Position numbers and translations under genes: made by a program. This document shows, in pieces, positions 9,625-20,860 of a DNA stretch of 57,796 nt. Source of the stretch: Saprolegnia diclina VS20 (Eukaryota); assembly GCF_000281045.1 (NCBI RefSeq), contig NW_008246103.1, positions 1 through 57,796 on the forward strand, in the 5' to 3' direction. A model generated the notes under the pieces. The model ran no database searches and was not told where the DNA came from. It saw only the letters and a list, made by a program, of their open reading frames with translations. Position 1 is the stretch's first letter. Every line of letters starts with the position of its first letter.

Positions 9625-11475
9625 ATGGACCTCCTTGTCTGCGTGAAGGAGGCGAGAGGCCTCCGCAACACGCAGGTCTTTGGCACGCAGGATCCGTACT
9701 GCACGATCAAGGTCTCGGGCACCAAGGTTAAGACCAAGGTGCACGCCAAAGGCGGCGTCGAGCCGCGCTTCGATGCGACGTTCCACATCCCGAGCGTCGA
9801 TGTGAACGAGCCGTTCCAAATCGAGATCAAGAACCACTCGATCCTGCGCAAGGCCCATATTGGCATCTACCGTGCGCCATTGCAAGAGGCCATCGCGGCG
9901 TCGCTGGGCGCCGAGCACTGGTTCAAACTCGAGCACCGGACCAAGCATCCGTCGCCCGGCGGCGAGGTGCGCCTCCGCCTCGAGTTGCGCGCTAGCTCCC
10001 TCACGCCGCCCGAGCCGCCCGTGAACGGCCACTTTGAGTTTCCGCGGCTGTACAAGAGCCGCGACTACAAGTCGTCGACGTACGAAGCACACGCTGTGGG
10101 CTCGACGCCGCCGCAAACACGATTCCAGCTGCAGTCCAACAACGCAGTGCGGTCCTCGTCAGACCGCCAGACGCCCGAGCGCCACACCGCCTCGGCCCCC
10201 GCGTTTATTCGGCAGGATCGCCACTCGGTGCCGCCCGAGCTTGCGCACGAGGCCGAGTCGTTGCCGGCCAAGACACAGCAGTACCATACACCACCGCAGC
10301 ATGCAGCCCCGCCACCGTACGCATCGGCGACGATCCCGCGACTGCCACCACGAAGTCTGCCATCCCAAATGAGCTCTGGTAGCAATCACAGCAATCACAG
10401 CAGTGGCTGGGCGCGCCAAGCTTCAGGCGAGAGCTCGACCGACGAGCGGTCCACCGTGCGGCCGCCACTGTACGCGATTCCAAACCCGGACGGCGACGGC
10501 CGCCTCGTATATATGGATCCGAACGGTCCGCCCGGCAGCTTCCGCGGCACGTTCCCGGTGCCGGCCGACGCCCCCGTGAACGACATAGCGAGTAACAGGG
10601 CGCGCCCCGTCACAACATCGATGGACGAGATCGACTGGGCGGGGTACGAAGAGCTCCAGGTGTACCGCCACTTGTACATTTACCCGTCCATGGTCAAGAT
10701 CATCCGGTCGCTCCAGAGTGACTACATGAAGACGGAGCTTGCGCACTACGGCGGCACGCTCGCGATGGTCAAGAGCCTCAAGTTTCCGGATGAAAAGGAT
10801 GCGCTCGTCAAGGAGATCATCTCGCTGAGCAAGGTCGACTGCCCCAAAGTGCTCCGCTTCATGGGCTTTTACATCTCGCCCACCGCGGGTCTTTGCTGCG
10901 TCACGGAGAACCTCGCGGGCAACCCGCCCGACTTGCGCGCGCTTCTGAACCGCCCCAAGCCCGGGCTGACGTGGCACGACAAGCTGCGCATCGCGACCGA
11001 GGTGGCCGAGGCGCTCGTGTACATGCACGCACAAAAGCCGATCATGATCCATCGCAACATCAAGGCGGCGTCGGTGATCCTCGGGCGGCGCCGCGAAGCC
11101 GTGCTGAGTGGCTTTGGCTGCTGCCGCGACCGCAGCTACGATCAAACCATGACGTCGGGCGTCGGCGACGTGCAGTGGTCCGCGCCCGAGATGCTCATGG
11201 ACGGTGACTACGCCGAGCGCGTCGACGTCTACTCGTTTGGCGTCCTCCTCGTCGAGCTCGACACGCACGAGATCCCGTTCTTGGAAGAGAGCGAGACGTA
11301 CCCGCGCAGCGACTTCATTGGGATGCTCGTCACGGGCCGCCTCCGCCACCGGCCATCGGCGTCGTGCCCTCCACCGATCCGAGACATCGTCGCGCTCTGC
11401 ATCCAGCACGACCCCGGCCTCCGCCCCGACATGCGCCAAGTGCTCGGTCTCCTCCAAGCTGTCGCATTAAGTTAA
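9625..11475 (+). CDS. C2 domain + TKL-family kinase-like protein (probable pseudokinase)
   Basis: C2 domain (VKEARGLRNTQVFGTQDPYC...GGVEPRFD); kinase fold with VK, HRNIK, LSGFG, WSAPE, DVYSFGV and RP motifs. Confidence 0.85.
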   Translation: MDLLVCVKEARGLRNTQVFGTQDPYCTIKVSGTKVKTKVHAKGGVEPRFDATFHIPSVDVNEPFQIEIKNHSILRKAHIGIYRAPLQEAIAASLGAEHWFKLEHRTKHPSPGGEVRLRLELRASSLTPPEPPVNGHFEFPRLYKSRDYKSSTYEAHAVGSTPPQTRFQLQSNNAVRSSSDRQTPERHTASAPAFIRQDRHSVPPELAHEAESLPAKTQQYHTPPQHAAPPPYASATIPRLPPRSLPSQMSSGSNHSNHSSGWARQASGESSTDERSTVRPPLYAIPNPDGDGRLVYMDPNGPPGSFRGTFPVPADAPVNDIASNRARPVTTSMDEIDWAGYEELQVYRHLYIYPSMVKIIRSLQSDYMKTELAHYGGTLAMVKSLKFPDEKDALVKEIISLSKVDCPKVLRFMGFYISPTAGLCCVTENLAGNPPDLRALLNRPKPGLTWHDKLRIATEVAEALVYMHAQKPIMIHRNIKAASVILGRRREAVLSGFGCCRDRSYDQTMTSGVGDVQWSAPEMLMDGDYAERVDVYSFGVLLVELDTHEIPFLEESETYPRSDFIGMLVTGRLRHRPSASCPPPIRDIVALCIQHDPGLRPDMRQVLGLLQAVALS

Positions 11476-11622
11476 ACAATATCGTAGTGTCCTATGTTTA
11501 ATTGACCAAATTGTGTCGACGTCGAGCCAAGATATCGAAGCTCGAATCGGATTGGCTGCATTTTAACCAATGAAAGCGCCGGATCTTGATCGAGACCACT
11601 CGTTGCCACAGAAAGCAACTCG

Positions 11623-12738
11623 ATGGCCGCGGAAGGACTGGAGGTGCTCGCGCTGCGCCTGGACCAAGTCAAGGCCCGAGCCAAGTACGTGGCGTCGCTC
11701 AAGACGTGGTGCAAGGAGCTTAGCGTCCATGGCCGCCTCCTCACGCGCGGCAGCCTGCACCTCGTGCTCCTCGAAGGCAGCGCGTCCGGCCTCGACGCGC
11801 TCATCGCCCGGTACGCCTCCGAGCCCATTGACGAGAACGCAGCCGGCGAGGTACGCACACAAACAGTGCCATTGCAAGACGCTCATGCCCTTGGTGTAGA
11901 TGGTCAAGGACTCCATGTTTGATGTACTGGGCCGCCAGCCCCGGACAGGCGACGCTACGTTCCAGGGCTTTGTCGACCTGCAAGTGCTGGTACGCGCGAG
12001 AAGCAAACGACTTGTCGCTCATTCGGGTCGATGGTTGCGTAGAACGATGCGATGATGGACAAGCTCTTCGTGCAAGACTGGGGCGCTGATGCGGCGTGGA
12101 TCGCGGAAGCAAGAACGACGGATCGCTCCAAGCGCTTCATTGCGCGACGCGACGCCGCAAAGCTCAAGCGGAAACAGGAGCGGCAGAAGCTGGCACAGGA
12201 GCGCGACGCCAAGAAAGCGGCTAAGCGGGAAGCCAAGAAGCTGGAGGAAGGAGGGGCTGATGCATCGGACCATGACAACGACGGCACGGCCGAGGCCACG
12301 GTCCAGGTCGAGGCGTCCGAGACCCCTGTCGTCCCAAGTCCTGCACTCACGTCGACAAAAGACGCGATGCAGCCCGAAGTGGAGCCAAAGAAGACAGAGC
12401 CATCACATCCGTCCAAGGCTGCACAACCGACCAAGGCCAAGCACGAGCAGCCACCCAAGGCCAAGCAATCTCAGCAGCCCAAAGCTAAGCAATCTCAGCA
12501 ACCCAAGGCTAAGCAAACTCAGCAGCCCAAAGCCAAGCAAGCACAGCCAAACCAGTCACAGTCCAAGAAAGGACAAAAGAAGCCCTTCCAGAAGAAGGGG
12601 CCGCCGCAAAAGCCGGGCCCGAGCAAGAAGCGGTCGTTGGACCCGTGGGCCGCGCCCGAGGCGGCATCGCACGGTGCGCCTTCGTTCTCCATGGGCGCCA
12701 AGAAGAAGGCGCGCGCGAATCCCAAGTCCAAGCCTTGA
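11623..12738 (+). CDS. RWDD3 C-terminal-domain-like protein with Lys/Gln-rich tail (3 exons)
   Basis: LRLDQVKARAKYVASLKTWCKEL...GRL...LVLLEG resembles the RWDD3 C-terminal domain as recalled; introns at about 11851-11899 and 11989-12041. Confidence 0.55.
12424..12552 (+). repeat. Coding tandem repeat, about 24-nt unit encoding QQPKAKQS/T
   Basis: cagcccaaagctaagcaatctcag-like units, about 5 copies. Confidence 0.8.
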
Positions 12739-12792
12739 TGAGCACGCGTAGGTTGGCATTATAAATACTACTAAACAGAAACACCCTCCTAT

Positions 12793-13293
12793 CTATATGT
12801 CGTCAATGTCCATCATATCGTACGAGAAGTCGGCCACGTCCTCGCTCTCGCTCTCGCTCGCGTCCGACTCGGGCTCGGTCTTCCACTCGGCGTTGTGGCG
12901 GGGCGGGCGGTAGAGCACAATCGCGGTCGACGTGTCGGCCGGCGGTTGCTCGTCGTGCAGTGGAAACGGTTGTTGGGTGCAAGTGGTCTGAAAAGCTTTG
13001 GCGGGCGACGTCAGCTCGAGCGTCGGGTACGATGCCTGCGCTTCGTACGGCACGAGCTGCAGCTGGTCCGACTCGGCGTCCATATCCACGTCCATGTCCA
13101 CGTCGTCGTTCTCGGGGGAGCTCACGTGGTCAAACCATACGGGCTCGGGCGCTTGCACCTGCGTGTACTGGAGGCTCTCTGCCAGCTTCATGCGCTTGTG
13201 GTGGCAGGGCGCGCTGTAGCTGTCGTCGTCGCGGCCACGGCGCAGGCCTCGGTTGAGGGCCATGGGGCGCGACTGGGGCGGGAACAACATCAT
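12793..13293 (-). CDS. Hypothetical disordered acidic protein
   Basis: ORF MMLFPPQ...YDMMDIDDI with coding-type codon bias. Confidence 0.7.
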   Translation of the reverse strand: MMLFPPQSRPMALNRGLRRGRDDDSYSAPCHHKRMKLAESLQYTQVQAPEPVWFDHVSSPENDDVDMDVDMDAESDQLQLVPYEAQASYPTLELTSPAKAFQTTCTQQPFPLHDEQPPADTSTAIVLYRPPRHNAEWKTEPESDASESESEDVADFSYDMMDIDDI

Positions 13294-14268
13294 CGTCGTC
13301 TTGGAATCGGTTCGTGTCGAGAGAAACTTGGCAACTGAAGCGCAATCGGCGAGCCCAATCATCCGGATACGCGACCATACAACGCCCAAGGTGGCGGCGC
13401 AGCTTCCAGAAGCAAGCTCGCGAATTATCCGGAAGCAATTCTAGAAAGTTCGTGTTTACGTCGTTGCGACGCGCCTCGCTACCAACAACTCGTCGCGAGC
13501 GAGTCCCGAGGGCACGGTTGACGCAGCAGCGGCCTCTCTCTGCGCCGTCGTCTCCATCCTGACCATAGTTGTCGCTCGTTTAGCTGTAGTGTATTTATAC
13601 GGTAACGTTAAGTTAACGGAAAATGCAATGCAATGTGGTAGCTGGAGATGGCAGGCCCGAGGTTGATAGGTCACCCAACCGAGATCCTGCAGTAAGGGAT
13701 TTACATCCCTTGTCCTGCAGATAGTACCGTGATCGAAGAAGGTTGTGAACCCAAGTGACAGCGAATTGCTTGCGACTGCATTTGCATGGAGGCCAGAATC
13801 GTGGGCACGACAACGGTAACTCCTGCAGACGTTTTGGGTCCACCGCCAGTGCGCACTCTCAATCCGAGCGACCGTCGCTTCCTCCCGACTGTTCGACTCC
13901 ATAGGTCATCTCTTGTGCTCGGTATGACCTGCCTGTGATACATTGTTCACTTTCTTCTTGAGCATACATCCGTGAGTGTGCCACGTATATGTACATGTAT
14001 GACGTCGACGGCTTGAGCTCGAGCAATACAACTACAATATGAGCATGCGCTTGGAGATTGGCTTCGTCATAAGTCTTTTTTCCATAGGACCGAGCCAAAA
14101 TAGCATGGATGCACGCCGACGACCTGTGCGCAAACGGGCGCGCAAGGTCGTCGAGTAAAGATCGCGTGCTTCCAGAGAGTTCCACGTGGGGTGTTTTAAA
14201 CACATCCGTGCAAGCATGTGTTTGAATCGCATCATCATCGGGCCAGTCTCCAAACAGCCGAGGCGTCC

Positions 14269-14874
14269 ATGCTGCGTCGCGGAGTCCGCCGCCGGCGCGA
14301 AGCCGACGACGAAGAGGTCTACCTGCAGATGCCCGCCCACAAGAAGAGCCTCGTCGAGTTCCTCGAGAACATGTGCATCTCGTCGGCAGCGTCGCCGTCC
14401 TCGCCCGCGGGCACGACCAAGGCCGACGCCAAGGCGAGGCCGCCGAGCCCCGCTGCGTACGTTGCGGCCACAGGCCCACGCCAGTTCCTCCACCCGCAAC
14501 GCGTCCATCTCGACCTCTACACGTCCTACCTGTAAGCACTATGCTGCGCCACGCGTCTACCTACTCATCGGACATGTTGTAGGCAGCGACGGGCCGCGCC
14601 GCCGCGGGACCCCGCCCTCGGTGCTCTCGTGCTCTACAACCCCAAGCCCAATCTCAACCCGATGCGGAGCTACATGTTTCCGCCATTCACGATTCCTGAA
14701 GAAAGCGAGATCGAAGACAGTGACTTTATGACGGACGTCGACATGGAGAGCGACGACCCTGCGTCGCCCATCATCGTACCTGCGCCAGGGCGACCACGCC
14801 CCGCCGGCAATCTCTCCCACAGCGAATGGTTCTTATCGGACGAGTCCGATGATGATAACATGGACCTTCTATAG
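14269..14874 (+). CDS. Hypothetical disordered acidic protein (2 exons)
   Basis: MLRRGVRRRRE...; a GT-AG intron at 14532-14582 joins the frames to ...ALVLYNPKP...DDNMDLL. Confidence 0.7.
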
Positions 14875-14943
14875 CGTTGGCCATACTCGTATTGCGTTTG
14901 ACATTCACCGATCTCTGCAGCCGATATGCATGGGGCGCATGTC

Positions 14944-16413
14944 TTAGTGGGCAGGCGGGTCCTTCTGCCACACGCAGAGCTTGCCGTCAAAGTCGGGCGA
15001 CACGAGCATCGGCAAGTGGGGGTGCCTACGCAGCAAGAGAACGTTAGAGTGCGTCACAAGCACTTCTCGGTCGTCCTACCATCGCACGTCGCGCGTGACG
15101 CCCGGTGGGCCGCGGCGGCGGTCACGCGGCGACTGATTGCGCTCGAGCTGCTCGACGATCGCGCCCGTGAGCACATCGTAAATGTACACGTCGCCGTCGG
15201 CCGAGCCCGAGTAGATGAAGCGCTGGGCGGTCGAGTGCAAGGGAGAGAAGTAGCACCGGATGAGCGTCTGCTGCACCATGTGCCCGCGGTACGTCATGAT
15301 CGACTGGTCTTGCGGGTGCGGCGTCTCAGCCTCGTCGTCTTCGTACCCCGGGTACATCTCGAAGCGGTAGTCCCACTCGTACCGGCGCGGCACGACCTGC
15401 ACCTTGTCGTTCGAGAGACACTTGCGCAAATCCCAGAGCTTGCAGCTCTGGTCCTTGGCGTTCGAGATGAAGTAGTAGCCGTCGTTGCGCGAGCTCAAGT
15501 GCGTAACGCCGTCCGTGTGGCCTAGGGATGGCATGAGCCGCTTGGTTCAATGCATATCTCTACCTGGGAAGACGCCTTGGGGCGTCGCATTCGACTCGGA
15601 CATCATGCGCCGGTCCCAGAGCTTGATGAGCTGGTCGTCCGACCCGCTGAGAAAGACGTTCGAGTAGTCGTCGACAAATGTAATCGCGTTCACGTCGTTC
15701 GTGTGGCCCATGAGATGACACACGGTCTTGTTGGTCGTCATGTCATGCAGCACGACGCTGTTGCTCGACGTGCCGGCGAGGAGCTCGGTGCCCGACGAAT
15801 TGAGCCCGAGACACCAGACGCCAAAGTCCCGCAGGTAGCGCGTCGACGGCGTCGACTGCCGCGATGGGCTCAGGCGGAACGTTGTCTCGCTCGTTGGCGA
15901 CACCAACCGCACCGAGCTCGTGATCGACGAGTACACGATGCTGTCGGCGTTGGGTGTGAAATGGGCGTCCGTGACCGTCCAGCGCAGGTTCCGCGCCGGC
16001 AGCGATAGCACTCGCTTCCACGTCGCACTGTCGTACACGGAGATCTCTTCGCTCTGGCCCGCAATGAGAAATTGCCGCCCATCGGCGCTAAACTCGCCAC
16101 AGTAGAGCCGCTCGACTAGCTGGTCGACTTCGTGGAACTGGCTGTTGATGCCAAACGGCAAAAACGACTCGTTGGTTGCGAGGCGCTCTGGCGTGCTCAA
16201 ATGGCCGCGTCGCTCGCGCTGGAAGAGGAGCGAGATGAGCCCCGGCACGCGCGACGTGTGCCCCTTGGATGTTGCCCGCGGCAGGCGGTAGCGGTAGCGC
16301 GCCGACGCGAGGCTCAAGTCGCAGCGCTCTGCAAGACTCTCATGCATGCGCGTCGTCGTCATCGCCTCGCGCTGGTTGCGCTCGAACGGTGGAACGTACA
16401 GCGAAGCCGCCAT
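14944..16413 (-). CDS. DCAF11: WD40 protein, DCAF11/WDR23/LEC14B homolog (3 exons)
   Basis: RWTVTD, GHTNDVNAI, SGSDDQLIKLWDRR, WDYR, and TYRGHMVQQTLIRCYFSPLHSTAQRFIYSGS; alternative ATG at 16482. Confidence 0.85.
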
Positions 16414-16626
16414 GGCACGAACCAGCTGCAACTCGCGGAGTGAGGAATTGGATTCGCCGATCCTTCCAGATACGTCGCTCATATCCGGCAGGTCTGAACT
16501 CTTCCGAAGACGAAAGATCGCAATTCTACTCGAATGCCAGTATAATGAAACTTGTGACAGCGACTAAGATCTGCGCTCTGTACAATACATCAGTGCCAAG
16601 AGTTACTGCAGGGGTATATAGCGAGG

Positions 16627-17667
16627 TTAGACAAAATGCGACTCGGGCTCGGGCGTGCTAATTTCCTTGAGCGGCTGGTCGATAAGGAGCACGTCGCGGA
16701 CGCAAATGTCGAGGATGTACGCCGTGAGGCCCCAAATGACGTGTGGGCCTGCCGTGAAGACGGGCGTTGCGTTTTTGGGTCGGATCCAGTACTTGTCTTC
16801 GACGAGCAGTGAGAGAGGCACCGTGAAGAGGCTCTCGACCTCGCTCGCGTTGATGCGCAGCAGGTCGGCGTTGAAGTCGGCAATGTGGCCGACCACGGGC
16901 GTCACGGCCACGCCTGTAATCGATGCAACGTTCGACCAATCGCAGCGCAAAACACCGAGCACGTTGACCTATTACGCTGGATGAGCGCACATATCAATGG
17001 TGCAATGAACCTGCGAGGCGCGGACGCCGACTTCTTCCTCCATCTCGCGCAAGCACGTGTCTTCGATGCAGTTGTCAATGTTTTCGACCATGCCCCCTGG
17101 AAAGCACACTTCGCCGCGATGGAAGCGCATCTGGGACGACCGCAGCGTGAAAATGACGTGCGGACTGCCATCACTCGCCATCGTACAGAGCGGAATCACA
17201 ACCGCCGCGCGCTTTGCTGACGCCTTGGCGATTTGCCGCGGAAGTCGGTTCAAGCGCTTGCGGATGCGGTCCAAGTGCCGTCCCGAGAAAGCGTCCAGCA
17301 GATCTGTCGTAGGCGGCTTGTCCTTCACCAGGGCTATGCAATCAAAAATATAAGCGCCATATCAGATCATAGATTATACCAGCGCCACGGAATGGCTGCA
17401 GCAGAAGCGCCAGCTCATCGATTTTGCCTTCTTCGAGCAGCTTGGCACAACGGCGCAGCGTTTGTTCCCTAGTAGCGTCGCGTGGTCAGTGACGGAAGCG
17501 TATGGCTGGCAGCGGCACCTGTCGCTAAAGCCCGCTGCGAGCGCCGGCGCCGTGTAGTGCGCAACGAGGTACGTCGTGTCCACGGGGTACTCGGGCAGCT
17601 TGAGCGCCTTGTGCGAGAAGAGGCGTCGATCGACCACGGCCTTGCCCACCGCACGGAAGCGGCTCAT
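16627..17667 (-). CDS. Nudix CoA pyrophosphatase (NUDT8/NUDT7-like), likely mitochondrial, multi-exon
   Basis: FTLRS..MRFHRGEVCFPGG...CLREMEEEVG Nudix box and IWGLTA; Arg-rich N-terminus MSRFRAVGKAVVDRRLFS. Confidence 0.85.
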
Positions 17668-18103
17668 GGTGAAGATTCCGATTTGCACGTTTTGCAGCGA
17701 GATTCGACAGAAACGCAGACGTCCTGTTAAGTGCGATGCTGAGGTCGATGACGCAATCTCTCTAGAATAGTGTTAATGGGATTGAAAAACGGCGCGCGAG
17801 ACGGTGGACGGCCTGAGGTAGGCTTGGGGAGCGGTACCCATACAAAGATGCACTAGTGTACCTGGCTTGTGTGCTTGTCGTGGAGGTATGAACATGTACT
17901 CCTTCTGTTCGAAGCGTGCTTTGTGGCGTTCTTTTCACACTAAATCAAGATTGGTACCTAGATGCGGTCTGTCGCACGCTGACCTTCTAACGCGCCTTGG
18001 ACCAATGGGTGAGCTTTTGATTGGCCAGAGCCAATCAGAACTGACTTGACACGCGTGTTATAACACATAACACGCTGGACGCGCTGTTAGATTGAAACTG
18101 CCG

Positions 18104-20527
18104 ATGTCGTTCGTCCCAACACGGCCGCTTGGGCGCCGGGACAGCCGGGGTGAGACACCCGAGCGCGACGACGGGGCCTTCACGAGCGTCGTGCCCAGCG
18201 CCAAACTGCGGTCAACGGCCGAGGTACCGAGGTAGCGGCTCGCTTCTTGCTCATGGCGTCCTAGGCCTTGCTCCAGCCTTTCTCCAAGCGGCCGGAGGAA
18301 GTAGCCTTTCCGCGCAAACAGCAAGACGAGGCAGGCAATCTCCCCAAGACCAAGTTCCTCGCCATGCGTCGGCAGAACGCCAAAGGCCGCAGCGACATGC
18401 CGCGTGATGTCGTGCTCGGCGTGCATCGCAACCTCGCGGCGCTCACGTCCATCAACACCAGTCGCCATATCCTTACGGCCGCATCAACGCTCATGCTTGC
18501 TGTAGAGGAGCGCAACGATGCCATTCAAGCCCGACAAGAGCTGGAGAAGGCCAAAGTCGATATTGAGGCACTCAAAGGTGCGCAGCGTTGTGCAGAGAAG
18601 GGGACTCGAGCAGCAGTCTAGGCGAGCTCCGAACGATTCACGCCCAAGAAAACCAGCGCGCAGCCTCGCGCGAGAGCAATCGAGATAGAGTTCGCACGAG
18701 CATAGCGACGCCCAGCACCCCGCGCATGTCGCACCTCAAATCCTTTGACGCGTCGATCGAACTTGACGCCAAGGTAATAGAATAGCGTGACACATCTCCG
18801 ACGCAAGTTGGCCAATATGATCGTATAGCTGCGCGCCCTCGAGAACCAGCACCAGAGCCTTGTCGAGACGAACCGCCAGCTCATCAAGCAGCTACAGAAG
18901 GCCGAGGCGGGCCGGCAACACGCATCATTGACGCTCGACAGCACCCGCTCGGATCTCGAGCGGGCGGCGAACGAGGTTCTTGCGCTGCGAGCCCAAGCGC
19001 AAGAGCTCCGAGAGCACAGCCAAACGCTCACGCAGTTTGAGGCAATATCCAAAGTACCCGTCCTGATGTGCAGAGTCGATTTGAGCGTGGAATGGCTAGA
19101 AATTGGCACAAGAGAACGACCAGCTGCGGCTCGAGGTCGTCCGCGCCCACGACGACGTCAATGCCAAGGCATTACGCGACCGGAAAGGGCGCCAAGGCCT
19201 CCACGACGAGATTGCCGCGCTTGCGAGCGAGAAGGCCGTGCACATTGAAAGGATTGCAGAGCTAACGGCGACGGTGGCCGCCATCTCGGACGCCCACGCA
19301 GCGACGCACGCCAAGCTCCTGCACCTCGAGAGCGTCCATGCGATCTTGGAAGCCCAAGTGGAGACTCTCATGGAGACGAACTTGGAACTCGCGCGGGTAG
19401 ATTTACATGGCAAAATGCACCTCGTTTCCATGCACGCTTGTAGGCAAAAGCAGGGCTCAGCGACGAGCTCGCGCACGAGCGGTCGTCCGATAGTCGCCAA
19501 GAGCGGAACGCACTGAACGCCAAGTGCCTCGAGCTAGCGAACGCGGTCGGCAAGCTCGAGACGGACCTGCTCCTTGAGCGCAACGTGTCGGCCAAGAAGC
19601 AGGCGCTCGTCGACCAGTACAAGGCGTCGATGGCAGGCATGACCGCGCAGATCGAAGCGCTCGTCAAGCAAGTCGCGCACCTCGAAGCGCACCAAGCGCC
19701 GCGAGACGAGTCGAGTCTTTTGCACCGCCTGCATGACGCACCCGCGTCAGCAAACGCGACCGTGGCGGCGCTTCAGATGGCGCGCAATGGAAAAGACGAA
19801 GCGCTCTCGATCCTCTCGGAAGAGAAGGCGCAGCTCGCGACGCGCGTCCGCGAGCTCCAGCAGGAGAACGCTGCGCTTGTGCTGCGCCTCAAATCCGGCG
19901 AAAACAACCAGATCGCAGTGTTGCAAGCGCAGATGCAGGCGCTGCTGACCAAGCAAACCGACTCCCTGCGTGCCAAAGACGCGGCTGTCGCCGACTTGGC
20001 CAAGGCGCGCGCCGACTACACCGCCCTGCGCGTCGCCTTTGACGACTTGCAGGCGAGGACAACCGACCCCGCGGCCGCGACCCTCCTTCGCCGCGCCCAC
20101 GATGAGCTGCGCGCGACGGTACAAAAGATCGTCGAGGCCGAGGCGTCGTCCGAGGTATACTTGTTGCCCTGCCTTGCGCTCTTGACATGCAGTGGCGTAG
20201 AGTACGTTCACATGCCTCCTCTGCATGCAGGTGCTGGAGCAGCCCATGACGCTCGTGGGCTGTGGCCATACGTTCTGTCGCCGCTGCGTCGTCCGCGGCA
20301 ACCGAGAGAGCAAGATCGTCTGCAAGGTACACGTGCTTTCGCCAGCGATGGGACGCACTGTGCCATAGGAGTGCCACTACGAATGCATGGAGAAGAGCTT
20401 GTTCGAGAACCAAGCCCTCGCCGACCTCGCCGCCCGCTTTGTGTTTCGCCAACAAGCGCTGGCGTCGCTCACTGCCACATGTCGCGACCTCGGCGCTGCC
20501 TTTGCCGCCTCGTCGCCGCCCACTTGA
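18104..20527 (+). CDS. Long coiled-coil protein with C-terminal RING finger (multi-exon)
   Basis: Heptad-rich exons; C-terminal TCLLC...GCGHTFCRRC...CK/EC followed by NQAL. Confidence 0.75.
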
Positions 20528-20860
20528 CCCTTAGCCACTGTCGTATCATTCAATGGCATCCGTGTGTTCCAGTGGACCGCATCGCTGCTTGCTGGTCATG
20601 AACCTTGCAGCATGCTGCATCGCTTGGCCTCCTTGCCAAGGAGGCCACCTCTCTGTCATCAAGGTCCGCTGTGTCGTGAGAAGCAGGAGGAATCTCGAAG
20701 CCCATTTTGAAACGACGCAAAGATCGCGTCCTTTTTGGCCAATCGTAATACGACGTCGGTGGAATTTTATCCAATCAACGGCGGTCCGTTACACGGCTGT
20801 TTAGTGCTTGCGTTTGTATGGGGCAGATTGACTTTTGCAAAGAGAGACGGACGACGCAGC

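Noticed and set aside
13685..13790. Hairpin (aagggat/atccctt) and U1-like words (gatcgaagaagg, cgactgcat)
   Set aside because: No ACTTACCTG 5' end, no Sm site, and the spacing is wrong for U1 snRNA
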